64,000 bases of DNA from an uncultured Acidobacteriia bacterium (GCA_903907865.1 CAIVPR010000071.1:13410-77409), one strand, 5' to 3'; numbered from the stretch's first letter, positions 36,177-45,299 are shown. The notes: generated from the letters alone by a model not told the origin. A program made the numbers and translations.

Positions 36177-36576
36177 CGAGGAGCGCCTTGCTTTCGTCGA
36201 TCAGTGGCTCCGCAAGGCGGACGCGGACCTCATCGCGGCGGAACGGCTTCAATCCGACGACGATGATGCTCGACTCAGTGAAGTAATCGCCTTCCATTGT
36301 CAGCAGGCGACTGAGAAGTACCTGAAGGCGTTCCTTGTCTGGCACAAGGTCGAGTTCCCCAAGACCCACGATCTCGAACGGCTGCGCCATCTGGTTTCAT
36401 CTGTCAATCGCGAACTGTCCGAACTCTTGCGTATTGCGGATGTGCTCACGCCGTTCGGTGTCGATGGTCGATATCCAGGCGATGGGCCTGAAGTGCCAAT
36501 CGGCGGTGAAAGCGAACTTGTCGAACTTGCCAGGTTTGTCAGGACAACCGTCGCGGCTGCATTGGACTCGAACTGA
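36163..36576 (+). CDS. HEPN-domain protein
   Basis: Start re-picked at MKRPDEERLAFV (ATG 36163), overlapping the NTase gene by 14 nt. WLRKADADL..AE...AFHCQQATEKYLKAFL...PKTHDLERL...RYP is the HEPN (NTase-associated) pattern. Confidence 0.8.
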   Translation: MKRPDEERLAFVDQWLRKADADLIAAERLQSDDDDARLSEVIAFHCQQATEKYLKAFLVWHKVEFPKTHDLERLRHLVSSVNRELSELLRIADVLTPFGVDGRYPGDGPEVPIGGESELVELARFVRTTVAAALDSN

Positions 36577-36736
36577 CGGATTGGAGCACCCACACTGTTA
36601 CGCCGTCGCCACTACAACGGCTCCGCGTGGAACCGGCGTGCCCGCGGCTTCCACGTCCCCCAATTGTGCCGCGAAAACTCTGCCTCCCTATCGAATTGCT
36701 ACCCTTATACATAGTCGTTCGTCCCACATAATTCCC

Positions 36737-37948
36737 GTGACCACCCGAATCCCGTCCGTCCTGCTGGCCCTAGCCGCAGCCCTCTTCGCCACCTCATGCG
36801 CGAAGGAGGCTGCCCCGACCGCCGTTGTTGCGCCCCCCGAAGCCGTCCGCGTCCTCGCCGCCACGTCCGCCGACGTCCCCCTCGAATTCGCCGCCATCGG
36901 CAACGTGGAAGCCATTTCCACCGTTGACGTCAAGGCCCGGGTCACCGCCCCCATCCTCCGCGTCCACTTCGCCGAAGGCCAGGACGTCAAGCAAGGCGAC
37001 TACCTCTTCGAGCTCGACCCTGAAACCTTCAACCGCCAAATCGCAGAGATCGACGCCAACGTCGCCAAGGACGCCGCCAACGAGAAGCAGGCCGAGGCCA
37101 ACATCCTCCGCGACGACGCCACCTGGAAGAACCTCGACGCCATCGCCAAGCGCAGCGCCCGCCTCAACAAGGAAGGCATCCTTTCCGCCGAGCAGTCCGC
37201 CCAGGCCGAATCGAACGCCGACGCCGCCAAGGCCTCCGTCGATGCCGACCGCGCCGCCCGCGACAGCGCCCAAGCCGCAGCCAAGGCCGACCGCGCCCGC
37301 CTCGAACAGATCCGGCTCCAGCTCGACTACACCAAGATCCGGGCTCCGATCTCCGGTCGCGCCGGGGCCATCGCCGCCAAGCAGGGCAATCTGGCAAAGG
37401 AGAACGACAACACGCTTGTCACGCTGCTCCAGACTTCGCCGGTCTACGTCTCGTTCCCGGTGCCGGAAAACCTGCTCGCCGAGATCCGCAAGTACAATGC
37501 CACGCGACCGCTCGAGGTATCCGCCACCTCTTCGGACGGAAAAACCGGCACGGGAACACTCCAGTTCATCGACAATACCGTCGACACCACCACCGGCACC
37601 ATCCGCCTCAAGGCCAACTTCGCCAACGCCGACCGCGCGCTCTGGCCCGGCCAGTTCGTCAACGTCAGCGCCCGACTAGCGGTGGAGAAGGACCGGATCC
37701 TGATTGCCTCGAAGGCCCTTCAAACGGGCCCCAACGGCAAGTACGTCTGGGTCCTGAATGCCGCTGATTCCACCGTTTCGATGCGCGACGTCACGGTGCT
37801 GCGCCTCTTCAATCCGCCCGGCAAGCCGGAAACCGCCGTCATCGGTACAGGCCTCAAGCCCGGCGATTCGGTCGTATCCGAAGGCCAGATGCGCCTCGCG
37901 CCGAACGCGAAGGTCCGGGTACTCACGGCCACTGCGGGCGGGAACTAA
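36737..37948 (+). CDS. efflux RND transporter periplasmic adaptor subunit (lipoprotein)
   Basis: In-frame GTG at 36737 gives VTTRIPSVLLALAAALFATSC (lipobox). The upstream part of track ORF 36335..37948 overlaps the HEPN gene. Also VDVKARVTAPILRVHF.EGQDVKQGDYLFELD and a coiled hairpin. Confidence 0.85.
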   Translation: MTTRIPSVLLALAAALFATSCAKEAAPTAVVAPPEAVRVLAATSADVPLEFAAIGNVEAISTVDVKARVTAPILRVHFAEGQDVKQGDYLFELDPETFNRQIAEIDANVAKDAANEKQAEANILRDDATWKNLDAIAKRSARLNKEGILSAEQSAQAESNADAAKASVDADRAARDSAQAAAKADRARLEQIRLQLDYTKIRAPISGRAGAIAAKQGNLAKENDNTLVTLLQTSPVYVSFPVPENLLAEIRKYNATRPLEVSATSSDGKTGTGTLQFIDNTVDTTTGTIRLKANFANADRALWPGQFVNVSARLAVEKDRILIASKALQTGPNGKYVWVLNAADSTVSMRDVTVLRLFNPPGKPETAVIGTGLKPGDSVVSEGQMRLAPNAKVRVLTATAGGN

Positions 37949-37952
37949 CGCC

Positions 37953-40900
37953 ATGGCGATCACCGACCTCTTCATCCAACGCGGCGTCACCACCACGCTG
38001 GTCATGGCCGGCATCCTCGGCTTCGGGCTCCTCAGCTACTTCACGCTGCCCGTCAGCGACCTTCCGTCCGTCGAATACCCCACCATCCAGGTCTCCGCCG
38101 CGCTGCCCGGGGCGAATCCGGACATCATGGCCTCGTCGGTTGCCACGCCGCTCGAAAAATCGTTCTCCAACATCGACGGTATCGAGAGCATGTCGTCCTC
38201 CAGCTCCCTCGGCACCACCAACATCACGCTGCAGTTCGACATCCGGCGCTCCATCGACGCCGCCGCGCAGGACGTTCAGGCCGCCATCTCGCGTGCGGGC
38301 GGCAACTTGCCGACCAACATGCCCGCGCCGCCGTCCTATCAGAAGGTCAATCCGGCATCGCGGGCCATCGTCTACCTCGGGATCCGGTCCGACACCATGA
38401 CGATGGCGGCGCTGGACGAATACGCCGAAACCCTGATCGGACGCCGCCTTTCCATGGTCAGCGGCGTGGCGCAGGTCCAAATCTTTGGTGCCAAGAAATA
38501 CGCAGTCCGGGTCCAGGCCGACCCCGACCGCCTGGCATCCCGTCAAGTCGGTCTCGAAGACATCCGTACCGCACTGGGTCAGCAGAACGTGAACCTGCCC
38601 GCAGGGTCGCTCTACGGCTACACCAAGGCGTATTCGGTGCAATCCAACAGCCAGGTAAACACTGCCGACCAGTTCCGTCCCATGATCATCTCCTACCGCA
38701 ACGGCAACCCCGTGCGTTTGGGCGATGTGGCCACAGTCACCGACTCCGTTACGTCCGACAAGAGCATGTTCTGGGTGAACGGCAACCTCGCTATGATCAT
38801 CGCCGTGCAGAAGCAGCCGGGTACGAACACCGTCGAGGTGGTGGAGGGCGTGAAGCGCCTGCTGCCCAGCCTGCAGAAGAACATGCCGGCGGGCATCGAG
38901 TTGCACGTGGAATTCGACGCCTCGCAGAACATCCGGCAATCCATCGAGGACGTGAAGTTCACCCTCCTGCTCACCATCGGCCTCGTGATCCTGGTGATCT
39001 TCGTGTTCCTGCGCAACGTTTCGGCAACCGTCATCCCGAGCCTCGCGGTGCCGCTGTCCCTGCTGGGGACCTTTGCCGCGATGAAGCTGCTGGGCTTTAC
39101 TATCGACACTCTATCGATGATGGCGATGACGCTTTCCGTCGGTTTCGTGGTGGACGACGCCATCGTGATGTTGGAAAACATCGTCCGCCACCTCGAAATG
39201 GGTAAGCCGCGGATGCAGGCGGCGCTCGAAGGTGCGCGCGAGGTCGGGTTCACCATCATCTCGATGACCATCTCGCTGGTGGCCGTTTTCATCCCGGTGC
39301 TGTTCCTCGACGGCATCATCGGGCGGCTGCTGCGCGAGTTTTCCATCACCATCGCGGTCGCCGTGCTGATTTCCGGCTTCATCTCGCTCTCGCTGACCCC
39401 GATGCTCTGCGCCCGCTTCCTCCGGCATGAGGAGAAGCACGGACGCCTGTTCACGCTCACCGAGTCCTTCTTCACCGGTCTGAATAACCTCTATCGAAGC
39501 ACCCTCCAGTTCGTCCTGCGATTCCGCTTGGCGACCCTCGTCCTGACGATTGTGCTCACCGGTGTGACCGGCTGGATGTTCGTCGTGATGCCGAAGAGCT
39601 TCCTCCCCGCCGTCGATACCGGCATGGTCTTCGGCAGCACCGAGGCCGCGCAGGACACGTCCTTCGACCAAATGGTGGAGCTTCAGAAGCAGGCCATGCG
39701 GATCGTGCAGAAGAATCCATATGTGGGCCAGTTCGGCACCGGTACGGGGGGCTTCTCCGGCCAGAACCAGGGCTTCGTGTTCATGCACTTCAAGGAAGGC
39801 ACTCAGCGGCCGCACGCGACGCAGATCATTGCCGACCTCCAGAAGGAGTTCGCCCAGATCCCCGGCTTCTCCGTCTTCCTGCAACTGCCGCCTCTGCTGA
39901 CGCTGGGCCAGAACGAATCGCGCTACCAGTATTCGGTCGCGCTGCAGGACGCCGATACCGCCGTCCTGTTCCAATGGGCACCCAAGCTGGAGGCGAAACT
40001 GCGTACCCTGCCCACCATCGCCGACGTGTACAGCGACCTGCAGCTTCGGAGCCCGCGCGTCAATGTCGACATCGACCGCGACCGCGCCCTGTCTCTCGGC
40101 ATCACCCCCGAGCAGATCGCCAACACGCTCTACGACGCCTACGGGAACCGCCGCGTCTCCACCATCACGGCGGCGGCGAACGACTACGACGTGATCCTGG
40201 AGGTCCTGCCGCAATACCAGCGCGACCCGGCCGGGCTTTCGAAGCTCTACATCCGGTCTTCGAATAATAAGCTGGTGCCGCTTTCGGCGGTGACGCGCGG
40301 CATCCAGAGCGTGGCCCCGCTGTCGGTGAACCACATCGGTCAGCTGCCGGCGGTGAACCTGCAATTCAACGCCAAGCCGGGCGTTTCTCTGAGCGAGGTG
40401 ACGGCGCAGGTGGACGAGGCGGCGAAGCAGATGGGGCTGCCGGACACGATGTCGTTCACCTACCAGGGGACGGCACAGGCGTTCCAGAAGTCGTTGGGCG
40501 GACTGGCGGTGCTGCTGGGGATTGCGGTCCTGGTGATTTATCTGGTGCTGGGGGTGCTGTACGAGAGCTTCATCCACCCGGTGACGATCCTGTCGGGCCT
40601 ACCGGCGGCGGGCATGGGCGCGCTGGCGACCCTGCTGCTGTTCCACGACGATTTGAATTTGTACTCGTTCGTGGGGATTATCTTATTGATCGGGATTGTG
40701 AAGAAGAACGCGATCATGATGGTGGACTTCGCGATCATGGCGCGTCGGCAGGGGATGCCCGCGGAGGAGGCGATCTTCGAGGGGTGTCTGCAGCGGTTCC
40801 GGCCGATCATGATGACCACGATGTGCGCGTTGCTGGGGACGATGCCGATCGCGTTCGGGTATGGAGCGGGTGGCGAGGCCCGGAGGCCGCTGGGGTTGGC

Positions 40901-41024
40901 GGTGGTGGGGGGATTGGTTGTGTCGCAGTTGCTGACGCTGTATATTACTCCGGTGATTTATTTGTATTTGGAAAAGTGGACAGGGCGAGGGGTGGTGCCG
41001 GTCGTGTCTGAGGGAGCTGAGTAG
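37953..41024 (+). CDS. efflux RND transporter permease subunit (AcrB/HAE1-like)
   Basis: Start re-picked at MAITDLFIQRGVTTTLVMAGILGFG (ATG 37953). 12-TM/two-large-loop organisation; SMMAMTLSVGFVVDDAIVMLENI. Confidence 0.92.
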   Translation: MAITDLFIQRGVTTTLVMAGILGFGLLSYFTLPVSDLPSVEYPTIQVSAALPGANPDIMASSVATPLEKSFSNIDGIESMSSSSSLGTTNITLQFDIRRSIDAAAQDVQAAISRAGGNLPTNMPAPPSYQKVNPASRAIVYLGIRSDTMTMAALDEYAETLIGRRLSMVSGVAQVQIFGAKKYAVRVQADPDRLASRQVGLEDIRTALGQQNVNLPAGSLYGYTKAYSVQSNSQVNTADQFRPMIISYRNGNPVRLGDVATVTDSVTSDKSMFWVNGNLAMIIAVQKQPGTNTVEVVEGVKRLLPSLQKNMPAGIELHVEFDASQNIRQSIEDVKFTLLLTIGLVILVIFVFLRNVSATVIPSLAVPLSLLGTFAAMKLLGFTIDTLSMMAMTLSVGFVVDDAIVMLENIVRHLEMGKPRMQAALEGAREVGFTIISMTISLVAVFIPVLFLDGIIGRLLREFSITIAVAVLISGFISLSLTPMLCARFLRHEEKHGRLFTLTESFFTGLNNLYRSTLQFVLRFRLATLVLTIVLTGVTGWMFVVMPKSFLPAVDTGMVFGSTEAAQDTSFDQMVELQKQAMRIVQKNPYVGQFGTGTGGFSGQNQGFVFMHFKEGTQRPHATQIIADLQKEFAQIPGFSVFLQLPPLLTLGQNESRYQYSVALQDADTAVLFQWAPKLEAKLRTLPTIADVYSDLQLRSPRVNVDIDRDRALSLGITPEQIANTLYDAYGNRRVSTITAAANDYDVILEVLPQYQRDPAGLSKLYIRSSNNKLVPLSAVTRGIQSVAPLSVNHIGQLPAVNLQFNAKPGVSLSEVTAQVDEAAKQMGLPDTMSFTYQGTAQAFQKSLGGLAVLLGIAVLVIYLVLGVLYESFIHPVTILSGLPAAGMGALATLLLFHDDLNLYSFVGIILLIGIVKKNAIMMVDFAIMARRQGMPAEEAIFEGCLQRFRPIMMTTMCALLGTMPIAFGYGAGGEARRPLGLAVVGGLVVSQLLTLYITPVIYLYLEKWTGRGVVPVVSEGAE

Positions 41025-41268
41025 CGCAAATCGCGGCTTCGGTGAACCTGACGACGAGAATACTGCCGCGCAGCGCTTACGAATCGTGGTGGGGCAAGCT
41101 CAAGGATTCAAGATCGAGCGCCTCTGGTAATCCGGCATCTCGAACAAAACATTGCCAGGTTTCTTGACATGCAATTTTGACGTGTGCTATCAAAAATGCG
41201 CCCGAGTTTCAACAACCTGATTGACTGAGGTGATTGTATCGCGTGATGGATCAACGTATACTGATGTC

Positions 41269-41490
41269 ATGACGAAATTTCAAATCACCGTTGCGGAGGG
41301 CCAGATGGCGGAATGGAAGCAGGCTGCGGATCTCGATGGCGTCTCGGTTGCCGAGTTGATCCGTCAGACCATGTCCGACCGCCTCAGGGCCAAGCTCGCG
41401 ATGTCCGATCCTTTTGAATCCATCACGGGCTTGGTGGATGTGCCCGACACCGATCTCTCGAGCCGGGTTGACGAAATCCTCTACGCGTGA
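41269..41490 (+). CDS. ribbon-helix-helix antitoxin (VapB-like)
   Basis: Start re-picked at MTKFQITVAEGQMAEWKQAADLDGVSVAELIRQTM (RHH pattern). Lies 9 nt upstream of the PIN gene. Confidence 0.7.
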   Translation: MTKFQITVAEGQMAEWKQAADLDGVSVAELIRQTMSDRLRAKLAMSDPFESITGLVDVPDTDLSSRVDEILYA

Positions 41491-41499
41491 AGTTCTAGG

Positions 41500-41895
41500 A
41501 TGAGGGTTTTCATAGACACCAGCTATTTCGTTGCCCGGGTTATGGCCCGGGACCAATGGCACCAGCGGGCCAACCGTGCCGTGGAACCGGGCATGGTCTT
41601 CTACACGTCTTCTTTGGTGATCAACGAAACCGTCTCGCTCCTGCAAGCCCGGGGATTGTTTTCCACTGCGCTAACCTTCTTGGAGCGCACCCGCTGGAAC
41701 GAGTCGATCCGCACGATCCACCCCGACCCCGTCGTCCAAGAGGAAGCTTGGGACCTCTTCGGCAAATGGGGAGGGGGCGGCGCGAACGCCATCGACTGCG
41801 TGAGTTTCGCCATCATGCACCGCGTCGGAATCAACAAGGCATTCACTTTCGACCAGCACTTCCGGATGGCTGGTTTTGAGACGTTGAATCCGTAG
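41500..41895 (+). CDS. vapC: PIN-domain toxin (VapC-like)
   Basis: MRVFIDTSYFVA...INETVSLL...NAIDCVSFAIM...AFTFDQHF shows the four acidic PIN positions in the usual order. Confidence 0.8.
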   Translation: MRVFIDTSYFVARVMARDQWHQRANRAVEPGMVFYTSSLVINETVSLLQARGLFSTALTFLERTRWNESIRTIHPDPVVQEEAWDLFGKWGGGGANAIDCVSFAIMHRVGINKAFTFDQHFRMAGFETLNP

Positions 41896-41899
41896 GCGG

Positions 41900-42015
41900 C
41901 ATCCAATGGGTTCCGCAGGGTTTGTGCGCCTAATCACAGATGCATCCTCGCAGACAGTCCTAGTAGACAAGGCAACCGGACTCGACGTGGCGATCAGCGC
42001 CACATTGGTGTCCAA
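41900..42015 (-). pseudogene. possible 5' remnant of a PIN toxin gene downstream of the Phd antitoxin
   Basis: TTG/(M)DTNVALIATSSPVALSTRT... starts 20 nt after the Phd stop and resembles the LDT(N/H)V.LW....P..LS N-terminus of Phd-associated PIN toxins. Similarity then disappears and the frame runs antisense into vapC. Confidence 0.3.
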
Positions 42016-42035
42016 TTAGGTGTCCCCCTAAAATA

Positions 42036-42266
42036 TCACCGGCAAGAAATGCGTCCAGAGTGATCGGATCGTCCCACCCGCAACTGAATGCGGCCCTTCA
42101 TCCCTCCGAAGACCACCTTGCGGCGCTCGCGCTGCTCCGGGGCCAGCAGGGCCGACAGTTGCGCCACAGGCTTTCCCTCCAAGGTGATGATGACGTTGGT
42201 GCCATGCTCAACCGCCCGGATTAAGTCCGGCAAAGTGTTCGTGGCTTCCGCGACGCTGACGTTCAT
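42036..42266 (-). CDS. Phd/YefM-family antitoxin
   Basis: MNVSVAEATNTLPDLIRAVEHGTNVIITLEGKPVAQL matches the Phd/YefM N-domain. Confidence 0.75.
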   Translation of the reverse strand: MNVSVAEATNTLPDLIRAVEHGTNVIITLEGKPVAQLSALLAPEQRERRKVVFGGMKGRIQLRVGRSDHSGRISCR

Positions 42267-42392
42267 CCCATAATTCTACTTCGTCGTGGCCACACCCAAG
42301 GAGCCACATACGCGGCGCGGTCTCGCGCTTCGAGTCCGCACCGGATAGGCCAGTTTCCCGCCACACCCAGCCTGAAACGCTAACCTATTAGA

Positions 42393-43169
42393 TTGCACCT
42401 CCCAAAATTGCCCCCGGACCAAATCCGTAGCGGCATCGACCAACTCGGCCCTTGGTTCTACGCCTTCGACTTCGGCGACGGCCTCCAAACCACACCCCTC
42501 ATCCCGCCCCAGGTGGTCGGGATCCACGGCACCCGTCTCGAAATGGTCGAGTCCGCGGCCCTCGCCCACTTCGGCGACCGCATCGGGACTCTCGACTGCC
42601 TCGACATCGGCTGCCATGAAGGCTTCTACGCCATCCACATGGCCAAGCACGGCATGGCCGTCTCCGCCGTCGACGCCCGCGAGGAAAACCTCCGCCGCGC
42701 ACGCTTCGCCGCCGCCGCTTCGGGAGTCGACATCCGTTTCCGCCAAGGACGCGTTGAGACCCTCGCCGCCGACGAATCCAGGACCTACGCCCTGACCCTC
42801 TTCCTCGGCGTCCTCTATCATGTCGAGGACCCCATGCTCTGCCTGCGCCAGGTCGCCGCCGTCACAGGCGAAATGTGTCTGATCGAAACCCAAGTGGTCG
42901 ACGAAATCGAAGGCTCCACCGAATGGGGCGCGCAGCAATGGACCCGCCCGTACAAGGGCATCCTCGCCATCATCGACGAGTCCGGTGAATTCGACAACGG
43001 CAACCGCGAAACCGGCGTGACCCCGATGGCCACATGCCCCTCGCCCAAGGCGCTGCTTTTCATGCTCCGCCAAGCCGGCTTCAAGCGCGCCGAAATCCTG
43101 GTGCCGCCCGCCAACGCCTACGAACAACACGCACGGGGGAAGCGCGTCGTCTGCGCCGCCTATAAATAA
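42393..43169 (+). CDS. class I SAM-dependent methyltransferase (CmoB/DUF1698-like)
   Basis: TTG start. GPWFYAFDFGDGLQTTP... then CLDIGCHEGFYAIHMAKHG..VSAVD (motif I). Its stop overlaps the next start (TAATG). Confidence 0.7.
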   Translation: MHLPKLPPDQIRSGIDQLGPWFYAFDFGDGLQTTPLIPPQVVGIHGTRLEMVESAALAHFGDRIGTLDCLDIGCHEGFYAIHMAKHGMAVSAVDAREENLRRARFAAAASGVDIRFRQGRVETLAADESRTYALTLFLGVLYHVEDPMLCLRQVAAVTGEMCLIETQVVDEIEGSTEWGAQQWTRPYKGILAIIDESGEFDNGNRETGVTPMATCPSPKALLFMLRQAGFKRAEILVPPANAYEQHARGKRVVCAAYK

Positions 43170-44044
43170 TGTCAGCGCCCGAACAAAGCATCCCCGAAGC
43201 ATTTCTTGAGCGCTCCCGCGACTTCATCGCCCGTGCCAAAGCCCTCGGCCTTCACGACGCCGAGCGCTACTACTGGTACCACACCATCGACCTGGGCGAC
43301 GGTCTCGTCACCCCCGGCATGTACGATTACCGGGAAACCATCTCGCAATTCGGCTTCCCCGAGGACATGACCGGCCTCACCGTCCTCGACGTCGGCTCCG
43401 CCACCGGCTTCTTCGCCTTCGAATTCGAACGCCGCGGTGCCCGCGTCATCTCCGTCGAACTCCCCTCCCTGCGCGACCTCGACCGCTTTCCCGGCCAGAA
43501 CGTCGAGGACTCCCTGCGCAAGATCGAGGGCATGATCTTCCCCGACTCCCTCGACCAAGAGAAGTTCGTCCGCCACGGCCACGCCGAACGCGAACTCTAC
43601 TGGTACCTCCTCGAAGGCCCGTTCCGCTTCTGCCGCGACCGCCTGAAATCCCGCGTCGAACGCTGCTACTCCACCGTCTACGACCTCACCGTGGAGCGCA
43701 CTGGCGTCCGCGAAGGCTTCGACTTCGTCTTCTTCGGCGACGTCATGATCCACACCCTCTACCCGTTGAAGGCCCTCGCCGCACTGGCCTCGCTCTCCAC
43801 CGGAACGTTGGTCTTCGCCGGAGTCCTGCCCGAAGGCCCGCAGGAACCGCCAGCCATGATGTACATCGGCGGGTCGGACGCGGCGGACGACGAGGTCGCC
43901 TGGTGGCATCCGAACCTCTCCTGCCTTGTGCAGATGCTGCGCAAGCTCGGCTTCGCGACGGTGGACAAGGTCGGCTTCCACACGGGACTGCTGTATCCCT
44001 CGGGCTACCGCTTCGAACGAGTCGTGCTGCGCGCGCAAAAGTAA
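43169..44044 (+). CDS. class I SAM-dependent methyltransferase (CmoB/DUF1698-like)
   Basis: YYWYHTIDLGDGLVTPGMYDYRE..., VLDVGSATGFFAFEFERRGARVISVE (motif I). Confidence 0.75.
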   Translation: MSAPEQSIPEAFLERSRDFIARAKALGLHDAERYYWYHTIDLGDGLVTPGMYDYRETISQFGFPEDMTGLTVLDVGSATGFFAFEFERRGARVISVELPSLRDLDRFPGQNVEDSLRKIEGMIFPDSLDQEKFVRHGHAERELYWYLLEGPFRFCRDRLKSRVERCYSTVYDLTVERTGVREGFDFVFFGDVMIHTLYPLKALAALASLSTGTLVFAGVLPEGPQEPPAMMYIGGSDAADDEVAWWHPNLSCLVQMLRKLGFATVDKVGFHTGLLYPSGYRFERVVLRAQK

Positions 44045-44050
44045 ATCGCC

Positions 44051-45295
44051 GTGACCGCCCTCGAGGTTGAAAATCTCGGAAAAAGCTACCCGCTGAGCCA
44101 GACCCAGTGGGGCCGCCTCAAACACGTCTTCGGCCTCGGTATCGAAGAAAACCAAGGCCTGTGGGCCCTCCGCAACGTCAGTTTCCGCGTGGAGAAAGGC
44201 GAGGCGTTCGGAATCGTCGGGGCCAACGGTTCCGGCAAGAGCACCCTGCTGCAGATCATCGCGGGAATCCTGCGACCCACCACCGGCTCCGTCGAGCGCC
44301 ATGGACGCCTTTCGGCCCTCCTCGAACTCGGCTCCGGCTTCGCGCCCGAATTCACCGGACGCCAGAACGTCTACCTGAACGCCTCCATCCTCGGCCTCGA
44401 ACGCAGCGAAACCGAGGCGCGTTTCGAATCCATCGAGCGCTTCGCCGCCATCGGCGACTTCATTGACCAGCCGATTCGCACCTACTCGACCGGCATGGTC
44501 CTTCGGCTCGCATTCGCCGTCGCGGCACACGTCGATCCCGAAATCTTGGTGGTAGACGAGGCCCTCGCGGTGGGCGACATCGCCTTCCGCCAGCGCTGCA
44601 TGCGGCGCATCCACGACCTGCGCGCGTCCGGCACCACCATACTGTATGTCTCCCACGACACGGCAGACGTGAAGGCTCTCTGCGAGCGCTGCCTTTGGCT
44701 CGAACATGGCGAGATGCGCGCGCTGGGCGAATCCGACGGCGTGATCGCCCAGTACCTGAGTGCGTCACTGCAAAAGGAGGCCCGTCCGCGACGCCAAGCC
44801 GGTCCGCCGCCGGAAATCGTGACCACCGTCACCGGCACCCACCGCTACGGCAACCGCCACGCCATTATTACCGGTGTGGAACTGACCGGTCCCACCGGCA
44901 CTCCGATCACCATGTGGGCCCCCAAGGCCTCCGCCGTCCTGCGCGTCGGCTTCCGCGTGGACGAGCCAGTCCCCGAGCCCATCGTTGGCTACCTCGTCCG
45001 CAACGCTAAAGGCGAGACGATCTTCGGCACCAACACCGCCCGCGAGGACTATCCGCTTCCCGAAATGAACCCCGGCGACGTCAACACGGTGGATTTCCAC
45101 TGGACGATGCCGGAGCTGGTACCCGGCCCCTACTTTATCTCGGTCGCGGTCAGCGAGGGCACGCTAGAGCGCTTCGAGGTCTGCGACTACGTCGAAGACG
45201 CCATTTCGATCAACCCCCAACCGGCAGACCCCAGTGCCAAGGGCTACCTTCGCCTGCCCTGCGTCGGCATCACGGTCCATCGCAGCCAATCCTGA
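44051..45295 (+). CDS. wzt: Wzt/TagH-type polysaccharide-export ABC transporter ATP-binding protein with C-terminal Wzt_C-like carbohydrate-binding domain
   Basis: Walker A GANGSGKSTLL, GFAPEFTGRQN, signature YSTGMVLRLAFA, Walker B ILVVDEALAVGD. An extra ~160-aa beta-rich C-terminus (ITGVEL...LRVGFRVDEP...GYLVRNAKGETIFGTN...GPYFISVAV). Confidence 0.85.
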   Translation: MTALEVENLGKSYPLSQTQWGRLKHVFGLGIEENQGLWALRNVSFRVEKGEAFGIVGANGSGKSTLLQIIAGILRPTTGSVERHGRLSALLELGSGFAPEFTGRQNVYLNASILGLERSETEARFESIERFAAIGDFIDQPIRTYSTGMVLRLAFAVAAHVDPEILVVDEALAVGDIAFRQRCMRRIHDLRASGTTILYVSHDTADVKALCERCLWLEHGEMRALGESDGVIAQYLSASLQKEARPRRQAGPPPEIVTTVTGTHRYGNRHAIITGVELTGPTGTPITMWAPKASAVLRVGFRVDEPVPEPIVGYLVRNAKGETIFGTNTAREDYPLPEMNPGDVNTVDFHWTMPELVPGPYFISVAVSEGTLERFEVCDYVEDAISINPQPADPSAKGYLRLPCVGITVHRSQS

Positions 45296-45299
45296 TAGC

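Noticed and set aside
41234-41262. Sigma-70-like TTGTAT-N17-TATACT just upstream of the vapB-like ATG (which would imply a near-leaderless mRNA).
   Set aside because: It is a plausible promoter, but it rests on E. coli-type consensus only. Promoter rules for this phylum are uncertain, and I have no independent support, so I did not list it as a feature.
25287-42392. Whether the TA-rich middle region is a single integrated mobile element or prophage.
   Set aside because: I recognised no integrase, transposase, recombinase, tRNA attachment site, phage structural gene or long flanking direct repeats. Core-like genes (dehydratase, RND pump) are interspersed.
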